A DNA stretch of 64,000 bases from Chitinophagales bacterium (GTDB lineage Bacteria; Bacteroidota; Bacteroidia; Chitinophagales; JADIYW01): assembly GCA_046329815.1 (NCBI GenBank), contig JAXLTY010000003.1, positions 18,888 through 82,887 on the forward strand. The letters are read 5' to 3'. This document shows, piece by piece, positions 9,951-18,652 of the stretch (positions are counted from its first letter, which is position 1; each line of letters begins with the position of its first letter). The position numbers were made by a program, and so were the translations under genes. A model generated the notes under the pieces. The model was not told where the DNA came from. It searched no databases and was given only the letters and a program-made list of their open reading frames with translations.

Positions 9951-9983
9951 ACGTTAAAAGTTTTAAACAAGAAAATTTATAAC

Positions 9984-11891
9984 ATGGGAAAAATAATAGG
10001 AATTGACTTAGGAACAACCAACTCGTGCGTTGCCGTTATGGAAGGCAGCGAACCAGTTGTAATTACAACAGACGAAGGACAACGCACGTTGCCTTCAATC
10101 GTAGGTTTTTTGGATAACGGCGAGCGCAAAGTAGGCGCGCCTGCAAAACGTCAGGCGATCACCAATCCAAAAAACACCGTTTCATCTATCAAACGTTTCA
10201 TGGGAAAACGTTTCAGCGAAATTACTAAAGAGAAAGACTACGTTTCTTACGAAGTGGAAAAAGGCGACAATGATACCGTTCGTGTGCGTTTGCATGACAG
10301 ATTGTACACGCCACAGGAAATTTCTGCCATCATTTTGCAAAAATGTAAAAAAATGGCAGAAGACTATTTAGGTCAGACAGTTACAGAAGCGGTTATCACG
10401 GTTCCTGCTTACTTTAATGACTCTGAGCGACAAGCAACAAAAGAAGCAGGTTTGATCGCAGGTTTGGATGTAAAACGTATCATCAACGAACCAACTGCTG
10501 CTGCTTTGGCTTACGGTTTAGATAAAGGCGGAAAAGATATGAAAATCGCGGTGTATGACTTAGGCGGTGGTACATTCGATGTATCTATCTTGGAGTTAGG
10601 CGATGGCGTTTTTGAAGTAAAATCTACCAACGGTGATGTTCACTTAGGTGGTGACGATTTCGATCAGATCGTAATGGAATGGTTAGCAAACGAATTCCAG
10701 GCAGAAGAAAGAATGGATTTACGCAAAGATCCGATGGCATTGCAACGTTTGAAAGAAGCTGCTGAAAAAGCGAAGATCGAATTATCTTCTTCGACAGAAA
10801 CAGAAATCAACTTGCCATACATTACAGCAGTTGACGGTGTTCCAAAACACTTAGTAAAAAAACTATCACGCGCAAAATTCGATCAGTTAACAGAAAGATT
10901 GGTTGAACGTACATTAGAACCATGTAAAAAAGCATTAAAAGATGCAGGTTTAAGTCTTGGTGATATTGACGAAGTGATCTTAGTTGGTGGTTCAACGCGT
11001 ATTCCGAAAATTCAGGAAGCAGTAGAAAAATTCTTCGGTAAGAAACCATCAAAAGGTGTAAATCCGGATGAAGTAGTTGCTGTTGGAGCTGCAATTCAAG
11101 GTGGTGTTTTGACAGGCGATGTGAAAGATGTTTTATTGTTAGATGTAACACCTTTATCATTAGGAATTGAAACATACGGTGGCGTATTTACAAAATTGAT
11201 CGAATCGAATACAACCATTCCAACTAAAAAATCGGAAACATTCTCTACTGCTGCAGACAATCAGCCATCGGTTGAATTGAATGTATTGCAAGGCGAGCGT
11301 TCTATGGCAAAAGACAATAAAAGCTTAGGTCGTTTCCACTTAGATGGTATTCCTGCTGCGCCACGTGGCGTTCCGCAAATCGAAGTAACATTTGATATTG
11401 ACGCGAATGGTATCTTAAGCGTAACTGCAAAAGATAAAGGCACAGGCAAAGAGCAAAATATCCGTATCACAGCTTCTTCCGGTTTGAGCAAAGAAGAAAT
11501 CGAGAAAATGAAAGCAGAAGCAAAAGCAAATGAAGCTGCTGACAAAGAAGCGCGCGAAAGAGTTGACAAATTGAATGAAGCCGACACAATGTTGTTCCAA
11601 ACAGAAAAACAATTGAAAGAGTTTGGCGATAAAATTCCGGCTGAGAAAAAAGCTGCTATTGAAAGCGCTGCTGCAGAATTAAAAACGGCACATGCTAGCC
11701 AAAGTTTATCAGCAATTGATACAGCATTAGCTGCATTGAACGCTGCATGGCAAGCTGCTTCTCAGGATATGTATGCAGGCGCGCAACAAGGTGGCGCTGA
11801 ACAAAATGGCACTGCTGAAAATACTTCTAACAATGCAAATAACAACACAGAAGATGTTCAGGATGCAGAAGTAGTAGAAGAAGTGAAATAA
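9984..11891 (+). CDS. dnaK: Molecular chaperone DnaK (Hsp70)
   Basis: Canonical N-terminus [14 protein letters not shown], plus DLGGGTFD and the EEVK-like acidic C-terminus. The track ORF starts at a TTG at 9912, but the ATG at 9984 matches the conserved Hsp70 N-terminus. Confidence 0.97.
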   Translation: MGKIIGIDLGTTNSCVAVMEGSEPVVITTDEGQRTLPSIVGFLDNGERKVGAPAKRQAITNPKNTVSSIKRFMGKRFSEITKEKDYVSYEVEKGDNDTVRVRLHDRLYTPQEISAIILQKCKKMAEDYLGQTVTEAVITVPAYFNDSERQATKEAGLIAGLDVKRIINEPTAAALAYGLDKGGKDMKIAVYDLGGGTFDVSILELGDGVFEVKSTNGDVHLGGDDFDQIVMEWLANEFQAEERMDLRKDPMALQRLKEAAEKAKIELSSSTETEINLPYITAVDGVPKHLVKKLSRAKFDQLTERLVERTLEPCKKALKDAGLSLGDIDEVILVGGSTRIPKIQEAVEKFFGKKPSKGVNPDEVVAVGAAIQGGVLTGDVKDVLLLDVTPLSLGIETYGGVFTKLIESNTTIPTKKSETFSTAADNQPSVELNVLQGERSMAKDNKSLGRFHLDGIPAAPRGVPQIEVTFDIDANGILSVTAKDKGTGKEQNIRITASSGLSKEEIEKMKAEAKANEAADKEARERVDKLNEADTMLFQTEKQLKEFGDKIPAEKKAAIESAAAELKTAHASQSLSAIDTALAALNAAWQAASQDMYAGAQQGGAEQNGTAENTSNNANNNTEDVQDAEVVEEVK

Positions 11892-11912
11892 GAAAAAGAA
11901 TTTAAATAGTAA

Positions 11913-11946
11913 CGGCGGAAAATCAAATGATTTTCCGCCGTTTTTT
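11913..11946 (+). terminator. Rho-independent terminator after dnaK
   Basis: Stem cggcggaaaatc/gattttccgccg followed by a T-run. Confidence 0.8.
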
Positions 11947-11988
11947 ATTGATTCACTTTAATAATTTAATTGAAAAACTGAAAACTTT

Positions 11989-12375
11989 TTAATTCATCTT
12001 CAAAGGTGCAGTCATAAAGAATTCAGGAATTTCTACCTGGAAAAGTTTACCGTCAAATAGATTGACCATTAAGTAGCTGCCATACATTTTACCTATATCT
12101 GTTTTAAGGTCACAGCCGGAAATGTATTCATATTGTTCACCTGGTTGCAAAACAGGTTGTTCACCGACAACACCTTCGCCTTCTACTTCGCGTTTCTGTC
12201 CGAGTGCATCAATAATGAACCAATGTCTGCGCAATAATTGTACAGCATCTTTACTGTTATTCGTAATAATAATTCGGTAAGCAAACATAAAATGCTGCGA
12301 CATTGGATAAGAATAATCCGATTGGTAGAACGTTTCTACACTTACTTTTATCTTATGTGTAATTAGTGAAGTCAT
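11989..12375 (-). CDS. apaG: ApaG (DUF525) protein
   Basis: 128 aa. 'FAYRIIITNNS…VQLLRRHWFIIDALGQKREVEGEGVVGEQPVLQPGE' matches the ApaG family signature. Confidence 0.85.
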   Translation of the reverse strand: MTSLITHKIKVSVETFYQSDYSYPMSQHFMFAYRIIITNNSKDAVQLLRRHWFIIDALGQKREVEGEGVVGEQPVLQPGEQYEYISGCDLKTDIGKMYGSYLMVNLFDGKLFQVEIPEFFMTAPLKMN

Positions 12376-12521
12376 TGCTTATATAAACAAAAATAAGGAA
12401 AAAATAGTTTCATGTGTATATTTATTTTGTTTAAAGGTGCACATGGAATATCCATAATACAATTTACATTTAGTGTATTTTTTAATACACGGATATTTCA
12501 CTGCAACTCAAAAAGCAAAGA

Positions 12522-13091
12522 TCAATTGCCGTGTTTCAGGAAATAATCAACGATTCTTGTTAATTGTTGCTGCGCAATTTGAAGGTCATCATTTATGATG
12601 GCTATATCAAACTGAATGGATTCGCGCATTTCGATTTCTGCCTTAGCCAAACGCTTTTCAATTTTTTCTTGTGAGTCCGTACCGCGTGATTCCAGGCGCT
12701 GACGCAATACTTCCATGCTCTTTGGCTGTATGAACAAAGACAGCGGTTTAAACTTCAGGTTCTTCATCACATTAATAGCACCAAATACATCTACAACCAA
12801 AAGCGGAAATTTATTCAACTGGTTAATGCGATCCAATTCTGATTTAAGTGTTCCGTAATAAGTGCCTGCATATACTTCCTGCCATTCCAGTAATTCATCA
12901 TTATGCATCTTTTCTTCAAATGCTTCGCGGTTCATAAAATGGTAATCAACGCCATCTTGCTCGCCTTTGCGAATCTCGCGTGTGGTAGCGGAAACTGAAT
13001 AAGAAAGTTGCGGAAACTGTACTAACAAAAAATCACCTAATGTATTTTTTCCAACGCCTGACGGTCCTGAAAGAATAATGACTTTTTGCAT
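12522..13091 (-). CDS. gmk: Guanylate kinase
   Basis: 189 aa with a P-loop (GPSGVGKNT) and 'SATTREIRKGEQDGVDYHF'. Confidence 0.92.
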   Translation of the reverse strand: MQKVIILSGPSGVGKNTLGDFLLVQFPQLSYSVSATTREIRKGEQDGVDYHFMNREAFEEKMHNDELLEWQEVYAGTYYGTLKSELDRINQLNKFPLLVVDVFGAINVMKNLKFKPLSLFIQPKSMEVLRQRLESRGTDSQEKIEKRLAKAEIEMRESIQFDIAIINDDLQIAQQQLTRIVDYFLKHGN

Positions 13092-13152
13092 GTGCGAAGA
13101 TAAAAAAAAGAAATAAGTAAACTGTTATAAGTGATAAGTTCTGAGCATTTGT

Positions 13153-13689
13153 TTACTTAAAATTCTTCCACATCATGCTTTCCATTGGTTTTGGTGTGCG
13201 TTCTGTATATTTTGCCGAACTTTTTTTGTTATACGCATTTTCAATTTCGCCGTCAACCGCAAAATAAATGAGCTGACCGACAGGCATGCCTTCGTACACA
13301 CGAACCGGATGAATGCATGAAATTTCCAACGTCCAGTGGTTGCAGAAACCGACATCGCCTTTGCCGGCTGTTGCATGAATATCAATACCTAATCTGCCGA
13401 TAGATGATTTACCTTCCAAAAAAGGAACATGCGCATGTGTTTCCGTATATTCAACTGTGCTGCCTAAATACAACGTGCCCGGCTGCATCACAAAACCTTC
13501 TTCCGGAATTTCAAATTCAACAATTTTATTGTGTTGTTTAGCGTCTAAAACTTCCGCTGCGTAACATGCCAAGTATTTGGAAAGATGCACATCGTAAGAG
13601 TTGGTTCCTAAACACGCTCTGTCGTATGGTTCAATAATAATGGTGCCTTTTTGCATTTCATTCAAAATGCCTTTGTCAGTTAAAATCAT
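13153..13689 (-). CDS. dcd: dCTP deaminase
   Basis: 'MILTDKGIL…IIEPYD…LGTNSYDVHL…' is typical of Dcd. The track extension to 13725 runs into an interspersed repeat (13702-13726), so the ATG at 13689 is preferred. Confidence 0.88.
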   Translation of the reverse strand: MILTDKGILNEMQKGTIIIEPYDRACLGTNSYDVHLSKYLACYAAEVLDAKQHNKIVEFEIPEEGFVMQPGTLYLGSTVEYTETHAHVPFLEGKSSIGRLGIDIHATAGKGDVGFCNHWTLEISCIHPVRVYEGMPVGQLIYFAVDGEIENAYNKKSSAKYTERTPKPMESMMWKNFK

Positions 13690-13813
13690 AATGCAAAAAT
13701 ACGATTTACGATGTACGATGTACAATGTATGATTAAAAAGAAATTAACGATGTACAATGAACAATTAACAATAGACAACGGACCATTAACTTTTCACTTT
13801 ATTTCTTACAAAT

Positions 13814-13846
13814 TAAAAATCCGAAACTCTTAAGTTTCGGATTTAA
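13814..13846 (-). terminator. Terminator hairpin downstream of the response regulator
   Basis: Stem aaatccgaaac/gtttcggattt, followed by a T-rich tract on the minus strand. Confidence 0.65.
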
Positions 13847-13872
13847 TTGTCAATCGTCAATTATTAATCAGA

Positions 13873-14586
13873 TTATGCTAATTGGTTTTCTACCATTTTG
13901 TAACCTTGACCGTGTATGTTCAATATCTGTAAAGATTCATCGTCTTTCAGGTATTTTCTGATCTTTGAAATAAACACATCCATGCTGCGCGCCGTGAAAT
14001 AGCTATCATCCTGCCATACATGTTTCAAAGCGGTTTCGCGTTCCAGCACCTGGTTTTTCTTTTCAAAGAATAAACGCAGCAATTCGTTTTCTTTAGTCGT
14101 TAATTTAATTTCGGTACCTTTCACAAATATCTTGTGGTTCTTGTAATCTAAACGCGACTCGCCGGCTTTGTATTCGTCTAAAGCGGTTTCTACTTCATGT
14201 TTCTCGGTTCTGCGCAAGATAGCATTCATCTTCAACTCCAATATTTCCATGCTGAACGGTTTCGTAATATAATCATCAGCGCCAAGCGTCAGGCCTTTTA
14301 TTTTATCTTCTTTCAGCGATTTCGCCGTCAGGAAAATAATTGGAATTTCTTTATCATCTTTTCTGATTTCTTCAGCAACTGCAAAACCATCTTTTTTGGG
14401 CATCATCACATCCAGCAACACAATATCATACTCATTCTTTCTGAATGCGAACAAACCTTCGACGCCATCGCGGCGCAGCTCCACTTCAAAGTTTTTATGT
14501 TTCAGATATTCCTGTAAAAGTGTGCCTAAATTTGCATCATCTTCCACTAATAGGACTTTCTTTTTGTTTGCTGTTGTCGTGCTCAT
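13873..14586 (-). CDS. OmpR/PhoB-family response regulator (receiver + winged-helix)
   Basis: 'KKVLLVEDD…LLDVMMPKKDG…' receiver domain plus a C-terminal 'LTTKENELLRLF…RSMDVFISKIRKYL' winged helix. The start at MSTTTANKKK is preferred over the track start at 14622. Confidence 0.9.
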   Translation of the reverse strand: MSTTTANKKKVLLVEDDANLGTLLQEYLKHKNFEVELRRDGVEGLFAFRKNEYDIVLLDVMMPKKDGFAVAEEIRKDDKEIPIIFLTAKSLKEDKIKGLTLGADDYITKPFSMEILELKMNAILRRTEKHEVETALDEYKAGESRLDYKNHKIFVKGTEIKLTTKENELLRLFFEKKNQVLERETALKHVWQDDSYFTARSMDVFISKIRKYLKDDESLQILNIHGQGYKMVENQLA

Positions 14587-14605
14587 ATTTAAATATTTTA
14601 TGTGA

Positions 14606-16132
14606 TTAATTTTTATTTTCAATTGGTAAAAGAATCGTAAACTTTGAACCTTCCTTTAATTTACTTTCTACTTTTATTTCGCCGTTATGTTTTTCAATGA
14701 TCGATTTTACATAACTCAATCCTAAACCAAATCCTTTGGTATCGTGTACATTTCCTTTGCTTACGCGGTAAAATTTATCAAAGATTTTTTGCTGGTCTTC
14801 TTTGGTCAGACCAACACCATTATCTGTTACCTCAATTTGTATGCCTACCGGTACATTCAAAGTGTTAATTTTTATTAATGGCGTTTTATCATTGTATTTT
14901 ATGGCGTTGTCGATCAAATTATTGATTACGTTCGTAAAATGCATTTCATCCACTTTAAAAATAGTGTGCACCGCATTTAGGTTCAGTTCCACTTTTCCGT
15001 CCAGTTCCTGTAAAATCAGTTGGAAGCGGCTAGCAGTGGTTGCAATGATTTCATGCACATCTCTGTCATCGAGATTTAACTGTAACTCGCCTTTTTCTAA
15101 ACGCGCCAGTTGCAATACTTGCTCAACATGATTGTACAACCGTTTATTTTCTTCAAAGATAATTCCGGCGTATTTAGAACGGTTTTCTTCCGATGCGGAA
15201 ATGGAAGTATCTTTCAGCATTTCGCTTGCGATAGAAATGGTAGCAATCGGCGTTTTTAATTCGTGCGTCATGTTGTTGATGAAATCCGTTTTCATGTCCG
15301 ATAATTTCTTTTGTTTGAAAATGATCTGGAACGTGAGTATAAACGCGGCAACGACCATTAAGAAAAACAGCGATGACGACAAAATCAACGGTGACATTTC
15401 GCTATAGAGATATTTTTTGCGTTCGGGAAATATCAGTTTCAAAGTCTTATTATCGTCAAACATACTTCTTCTGAACAGATCGATTGTATAATCTGATTTA
15501 TACAATTGAGACATAGAAGTATTTCTCGACAGTAACACAAAATTATTCGGTGCGTATTCGGTAACGCCATAATTTACACGTGTTTTCAAGCCATGCTCTT
15601 CCAAACAGTGGTTAATAATTTCTTTTAATTTTCCGGTATCCAATATCTCGGTGATTGGTCGCAAACTGGTCATTTGCTGCGCCATAAATTGCTGTAAGTT
15701 ATCGATATCTATAGTTGGTTGGTCAGCAGCCGTGTTAGCGTGCGTATTTGCTTTGTTATTGTACGGTAAATATACATTCTGATTATTGCCATCGTTTTGC
15801 AAAGAAAAATTATTTTCGAGCAAAGTCGGATCTTTTACTCTGAATTCATTGGAGTAGCCGGTGGTGTCCATGTATTCTAAAATGATTTCACCGCTTTCAT
15901 TGGTGCGCACCGAACTCTGAAACGATGTTTGCATAAGGTTGGAAACCAATGGCTGATAAGACAGGTCTTCAATCTTTGTACTCATTTCGTTCATTGCTTC
16001 AAAAACAGTTTTGTCAAAATCCTGTTCACGCGATTTAATGGCGTTCTTCAGCCAAAAAATTTGCACAATACCGATTCCAAACAATCCTAAGAAAAGTAAA
16101 ACGGCTGTGAGTAAGAGTAGATTTTTATTCAC
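14606..16132 (-). CDS. Sensor histidine kinase (HisKA + HATPase_c)
   Basis: 508 aa with two TM segments, an H-box 'MTHELKTPIATI', an N-box 'NLIDNAIKY' and a G-box 'GFGLGLSYV'. It lies immediately upstream of the response regulator. Confidence 0.92.
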   Translation of the reverse strand: MNKNLLLLTAVLLFLGLFGIGIVQIFWLKNAIKSREQDFDKTVFEAMNEMSTKIEDLSYQPLVSNLMQTSFQSSVRTNESGEIILEYMDTTGYSNEFRVKDPTLLENNFSLQNDGNNQNVYLPYNNKANTHANTAADQPTIDIDNLQQFMAQQMTSLRPITEILDTGKLKEIINHCLEEHGLKTRVNYGVTEYAPNNFVLLSRNTSMSQLYKSDYTIDLFRRSMFDDNKTLKLIFPERKKYLYSEMSPLILSSSLFFLMVVAAFILTFQIIFKQKKLSDMKTDFINNMTHELKTPIATISIASEMLKDTSISASEENRSKYAGIIFEENKRLYNHVEQVLQLARLEKGELQLNLDDRDVHEIIATTASRFQLILQELDGKVELNLNAVHTIFKVDEMHFTNVINNLIDNAIKYNDKTPLIKINTLNVPVGIQIEVTDNGVGLTKEDQQKIFDKFYRVSKGNVHDTKGFGLGLSYVKSIIEKHNGEIKVESKLKEGSKFTILLPIENKN

Positions 16133-16395
16133 GAATTAAAATTAACGCTCTAAAACAATTTAAAACGTTAACAATTCTTAAAGAGTTGATATATAGTGAA
16201 AATACGCAAGTGAATTTTGAATGTTGAATTATGAATTATACTACATCGTGCATACAAACCTATTTTTAAAACTATATTATTTAACACTCATAAGATAAAA
16301 TATAAAAAAAACTAGAAAAAGATTTGCTTTTTCAAACCAATAATATTATATTCACATCAGTTAAATATTTAACAAACCATTAAAACTATTAAATT

Positions 16396-16950
16396 ATGTC
16401 TCAATTACCTTTAGAACTACCCGTATTTACGGACGATGAAATGGCTACTTTCCGCACAGCCATCGCCACAGCCAAAGCCATTATTGCTTCCAAATTCGTG
16501 AACCTCGAACCGAAAGACCGCACGAAGTATGGCTCCATCAGCGAGCAGAACAAACTTATTATTAACAAAGTCTGGGATTACCACGTCAATATGCCGCACC
16601 TTTCTAACACGGATATTGACTGGGATGAATATAAAGCGCAAAACAATACACGTACTAATTTTACGAATGTGATCGCCCTGCTTGGAGAGATCAAAGAACT
16701 TTGCAACGATCCGCGCATATTGGTCGATTATTCATTGTTCGGGCTGGCGCGCCAGGATTACAAATGGACGAAGTACAAAGCCGAAGACGATGGCGGCAGC
16801 GGCAGTGGTTATGAAGAAAAATATAACGACCTGAAACAGTTTTTTGAACACGATAGTGCTGAGCCGCCTTATGTAGTAGTGGATGATGATGAGGATGAAG
16901 AAGAAGATGATGATAACGATAACGGCTCGGATGACACACCAAATCCTTGA
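16396..16950 (+). CDS. Uncharacterised conserved protein with poly-acidic C-terminal tail (paralog A of 46722..47210)
   Basis: 184 aa. Clear by-eye homology to the protein at 46722..47210: NLxxx(D/E)RxK(Y/F)GS, NKL(I/F)(I/V)NK, PHL(S/A)xxD(I/V)DWxE(Y/F), LKQFF. The tail is DDDEDEEEDDDNDNGSDD. Confidence 0.75.
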   Translation: MSQLPLELPVFTDDEMATFRTAIATAKAIIASKFVNLEPKDRTKYGSISEQNKLIINKVWDYHVNMPHLSNTDIDWDEYKAQNNTRTNFTNVIALLGEIKELCNDPRILVDYSLFGLARQDYKWTKYKAEDDGGSGSGYEEKYNDLKQFFEHDSAEPPYVVVDDDEDEEEDDDNDNGSDDTPNP

Positions 16951-16991
16951 TATAAATCAATTTTTTGTGAACTAAACTATTGATTATTGAT

Positions 16992-17021
16992 GCCGCTGCT
17001 TTTACAAGCAGCGGTTTTTTT
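16992..17021 (+). terminator. Rho-independent terminator after paralog A
   Basis: Stem ccgctgctt/aagcagcgg with loop ttac, followed by T7. Confidence 0.8.
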
Positions 17022-17078
17022 ATTTATAGCTAATTGGCTAAAAATATAACTAATTGATTATCAATATAAATTTTTTAA

Positions 17079-17267
17079 AAACGGGTGTTTACCCGTTGTT
17101 AGACGGGTAAAATGGGGTCTTTGACGGGTAAATTGGCGTCCCGAACGGGTAAATACCCGTCCACATACGGGTAAAATGGCGTCCAAGACGGGTATTTAGG
17201 CGTCTGAGACGGGTAAATCGGCGTCCGAGACGGGTAAATACCCGTTCAGCAACGGGGTTTTACCCGT
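17079..17267. repeat. Tandem array 1: 9 copies of a 21-22 bp unit, core ACGGGTAAA(nn)GGCGTC / palindrome ACGGGTAAATACCCGT
   Basis: 'acggg' starts at 17081, 17103, 17124, 17145, 17167, 17188, 17209, 17230 and 17252, giving spacings of 22,21,21,22,21,21,21,22. Units 1, 4, 8 and 9 are palindromic (…acccgt). The rest carry ggcgtc in the right half. Confidence 0.9.
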
Positions 17268-17387
17268 ATGTACAGTTTTTCTGGTGAACACATTGTTAAT
17301 TTAACAATGTGAAGTGTTTACAACATATGAGGATGAATTGTAGGGATTTTTGATTGATAAAAAGTATATTTGAAAGAAAAGCATACC

Positions 17388-18029
17388 ATGCAAGGAATTT
17401 ATCACACATATAAAAGCGATTATCCAAATCAAGTTCATCAATTAAATTATTCAATTTCTCAAAATTATCATCTCTTAAAAAATGGAGAGATTAAATATCA
17501 AGCAAAAAAATTTGACATTAATTTAAGTAATTATACAAAAACAGGAAAAAGGCATTTATATAGTTTCTTAATTAGAGATCATTTTAGTAATTGTTTTTAT
17601 GCAGAATTACACCCAATAGATGAAGCACATAATATAAAGGATTTTTTGTTTAATGCTTGGAAACATAAGAAAGATTTTGAATTTAGAGGAATTCCTAGAA
17701 GTTTAATTATTGGCAGACATGTGGCAGAGAAATTTCCATTTATAAATAACTTAGAAAAAAACATTGGATTAAACATTGAACTTGCAAAAAATGGTTTTGC
17801 AACTGGAATTAGGTCTTTGAGAGATTGGGAAAACAATATTAAATTTTATATTTCTTTTGAAGACTGTAAAACGATTACAGAGTTTCAAAATCATAACGAA
17901 TTAATTTGTAGAAATATAAATTGTAGAGAAAGCGGAAAAACAGAACAGAATTTATTAAAATGGGCAAATAATAAACCATCTGGTAAGGTAATAAATGATA
18001 GAATTGAATTTGAAAGATTTTTTGAATAA
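17388..18029 (+). CDS. Hypothetical protein with degenerate integrase/RNase-H-like (rve-type) core
   Basis: The track ORF is 17370..18029 (TTG). The first ATG is at 17388. By-eye match to the rve core layout: 'KKFDINLSNY…GKRHLYSFLIRDHFSNCFYAEL…NIKDFLFNAW…GIPRSLIIGRH…GIRSLRDWENNIK'. The second catalytic Asp position appears to be replaced (IIGRH). The gene is AT-rich. Confidence 0.5.
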   Translation: MQGIYHTYKSDYPNQVHQLNYSISQNYHLLKNGEIKYQAKKFDINLSNYTKTGKRHLYSFLIRDHFSNCFYAELHPIDEAHNIKDFLFNAWKHKKDFEFRGIPRSLIIGRHVAEKFPFINNLEKNIGLNIELAKNGFATGIRSLRDWENNIKFYISFEDCKTITEFQNHNELICRNINCRESGKTEQNLLKWANNKPSGKVINDRIEFERFFE

Positions 18030-18035
18030 TAAAAT

Positions 18036-18647
18036 ATGAAAGAAAGTGATGAATTATACTTGTTGCGTTTCAGATATGGCAGAGCCGTAGAAGTATTATA
18101 TGCTTATAAAACATTTTTACTTAAAGAAGTAAAATATGGAAATAAGAATACATGTAAAGATAAGGAGCAAGTCGAAGATATTACTCATACATTACTTGTA
18201 GTTTATTATTCATATATATATAGTATGTTTGATAAAAGTGGTACTGATTTTATTACTGTGTCTGAACAATATTTAGAATTTCTTTCAGAAGATGGAAAAA
18301 TCTTTAGAAGAGAATTAATTGAAATTTGGGAAAAATATAAAATACCTATTACTAAACTTAGAAATAATGTGGGATTTCATGGTGGTTCTAAAATAAAAAG
18401 TCATGATATAGGTTATGGTGCATTGGGTGATATTCATACACATGCTGCTGATTTTATAATAAATCATTTAGCATTATTCTTTATGGAAATAGATATAATT
18501 CTGCCAAATGAAAATTATAATATCAATGAAAATCATGCGTACAAAAAGGAAAAACTTTTAAAAAAATCAAAAGAATTGAAAGAGGCAATAGAGAATGATT
18601 CTTTTGCTGATACAGTAAAATCTATCAGAGAATACTTTAAACAATAA
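18036..18647 (+). CDS. Hypothetical all-alpha protein with HEPN-like Rx4-6H motif (LRNNVGFHGG)
   Basis: 203 aa, starting 6 nt after the upstream gene. The motif R-N-N-V-G-F-H at nt 18360-18380 fits the HEPN RNase signature Rx4-6H (RNxxxxH type). The protein is predicted helical-rich and the gene is AT-rich. Confidence 0.5.
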   Translation: MKESDELYLLRFRYGRAVEVLYAYKTFLLKEVKYGNKNTCKDKEQVEDITHTLLVVYYSYIYSMFDKSGTDFITVSEQYLEFLSEDGKIFRRELIEIWEKYKIPITKLRNNVGFHGGSKIKSHDIGYGALGDIHTHAADFIINHLALFFMEIDIILPNENYNINENHAYKKEKLLKKSKELKEAIENDSFADTVKSIREYFKQ

Positions 18648-18652
18648 AAACC

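Noticed and set aside
9912-9983. N-terminal extensions in the ORF track. Affected genes are dnaK (from TTG 9912), dcd (to 13725), the response regulator (to 14622), aguB (to 19597), aguA (to 20777), paralog B (from 46665), LTXXQ paralog 1 (to 40103), the TBDR (to 35754) and the operon's third gene (to 44376).
   Set aside because: Downstream ATGs reproduce the conserved family N-termini or clean signal peptides. Several extensions run into repeats or neighbouring genes.
17079-17267. Possible CRISPR array. Regular ~21-bp repeats are seen here, and also at 25011-25304 and 46468-46612.
   Set aside because: The repeat period is only 21-22 bp, with at most 5-10 variable bases between cores. CRISPR needs ~28-37 bp repeats separated by ~30 bp unique spacers. 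No cas genes are in the window.
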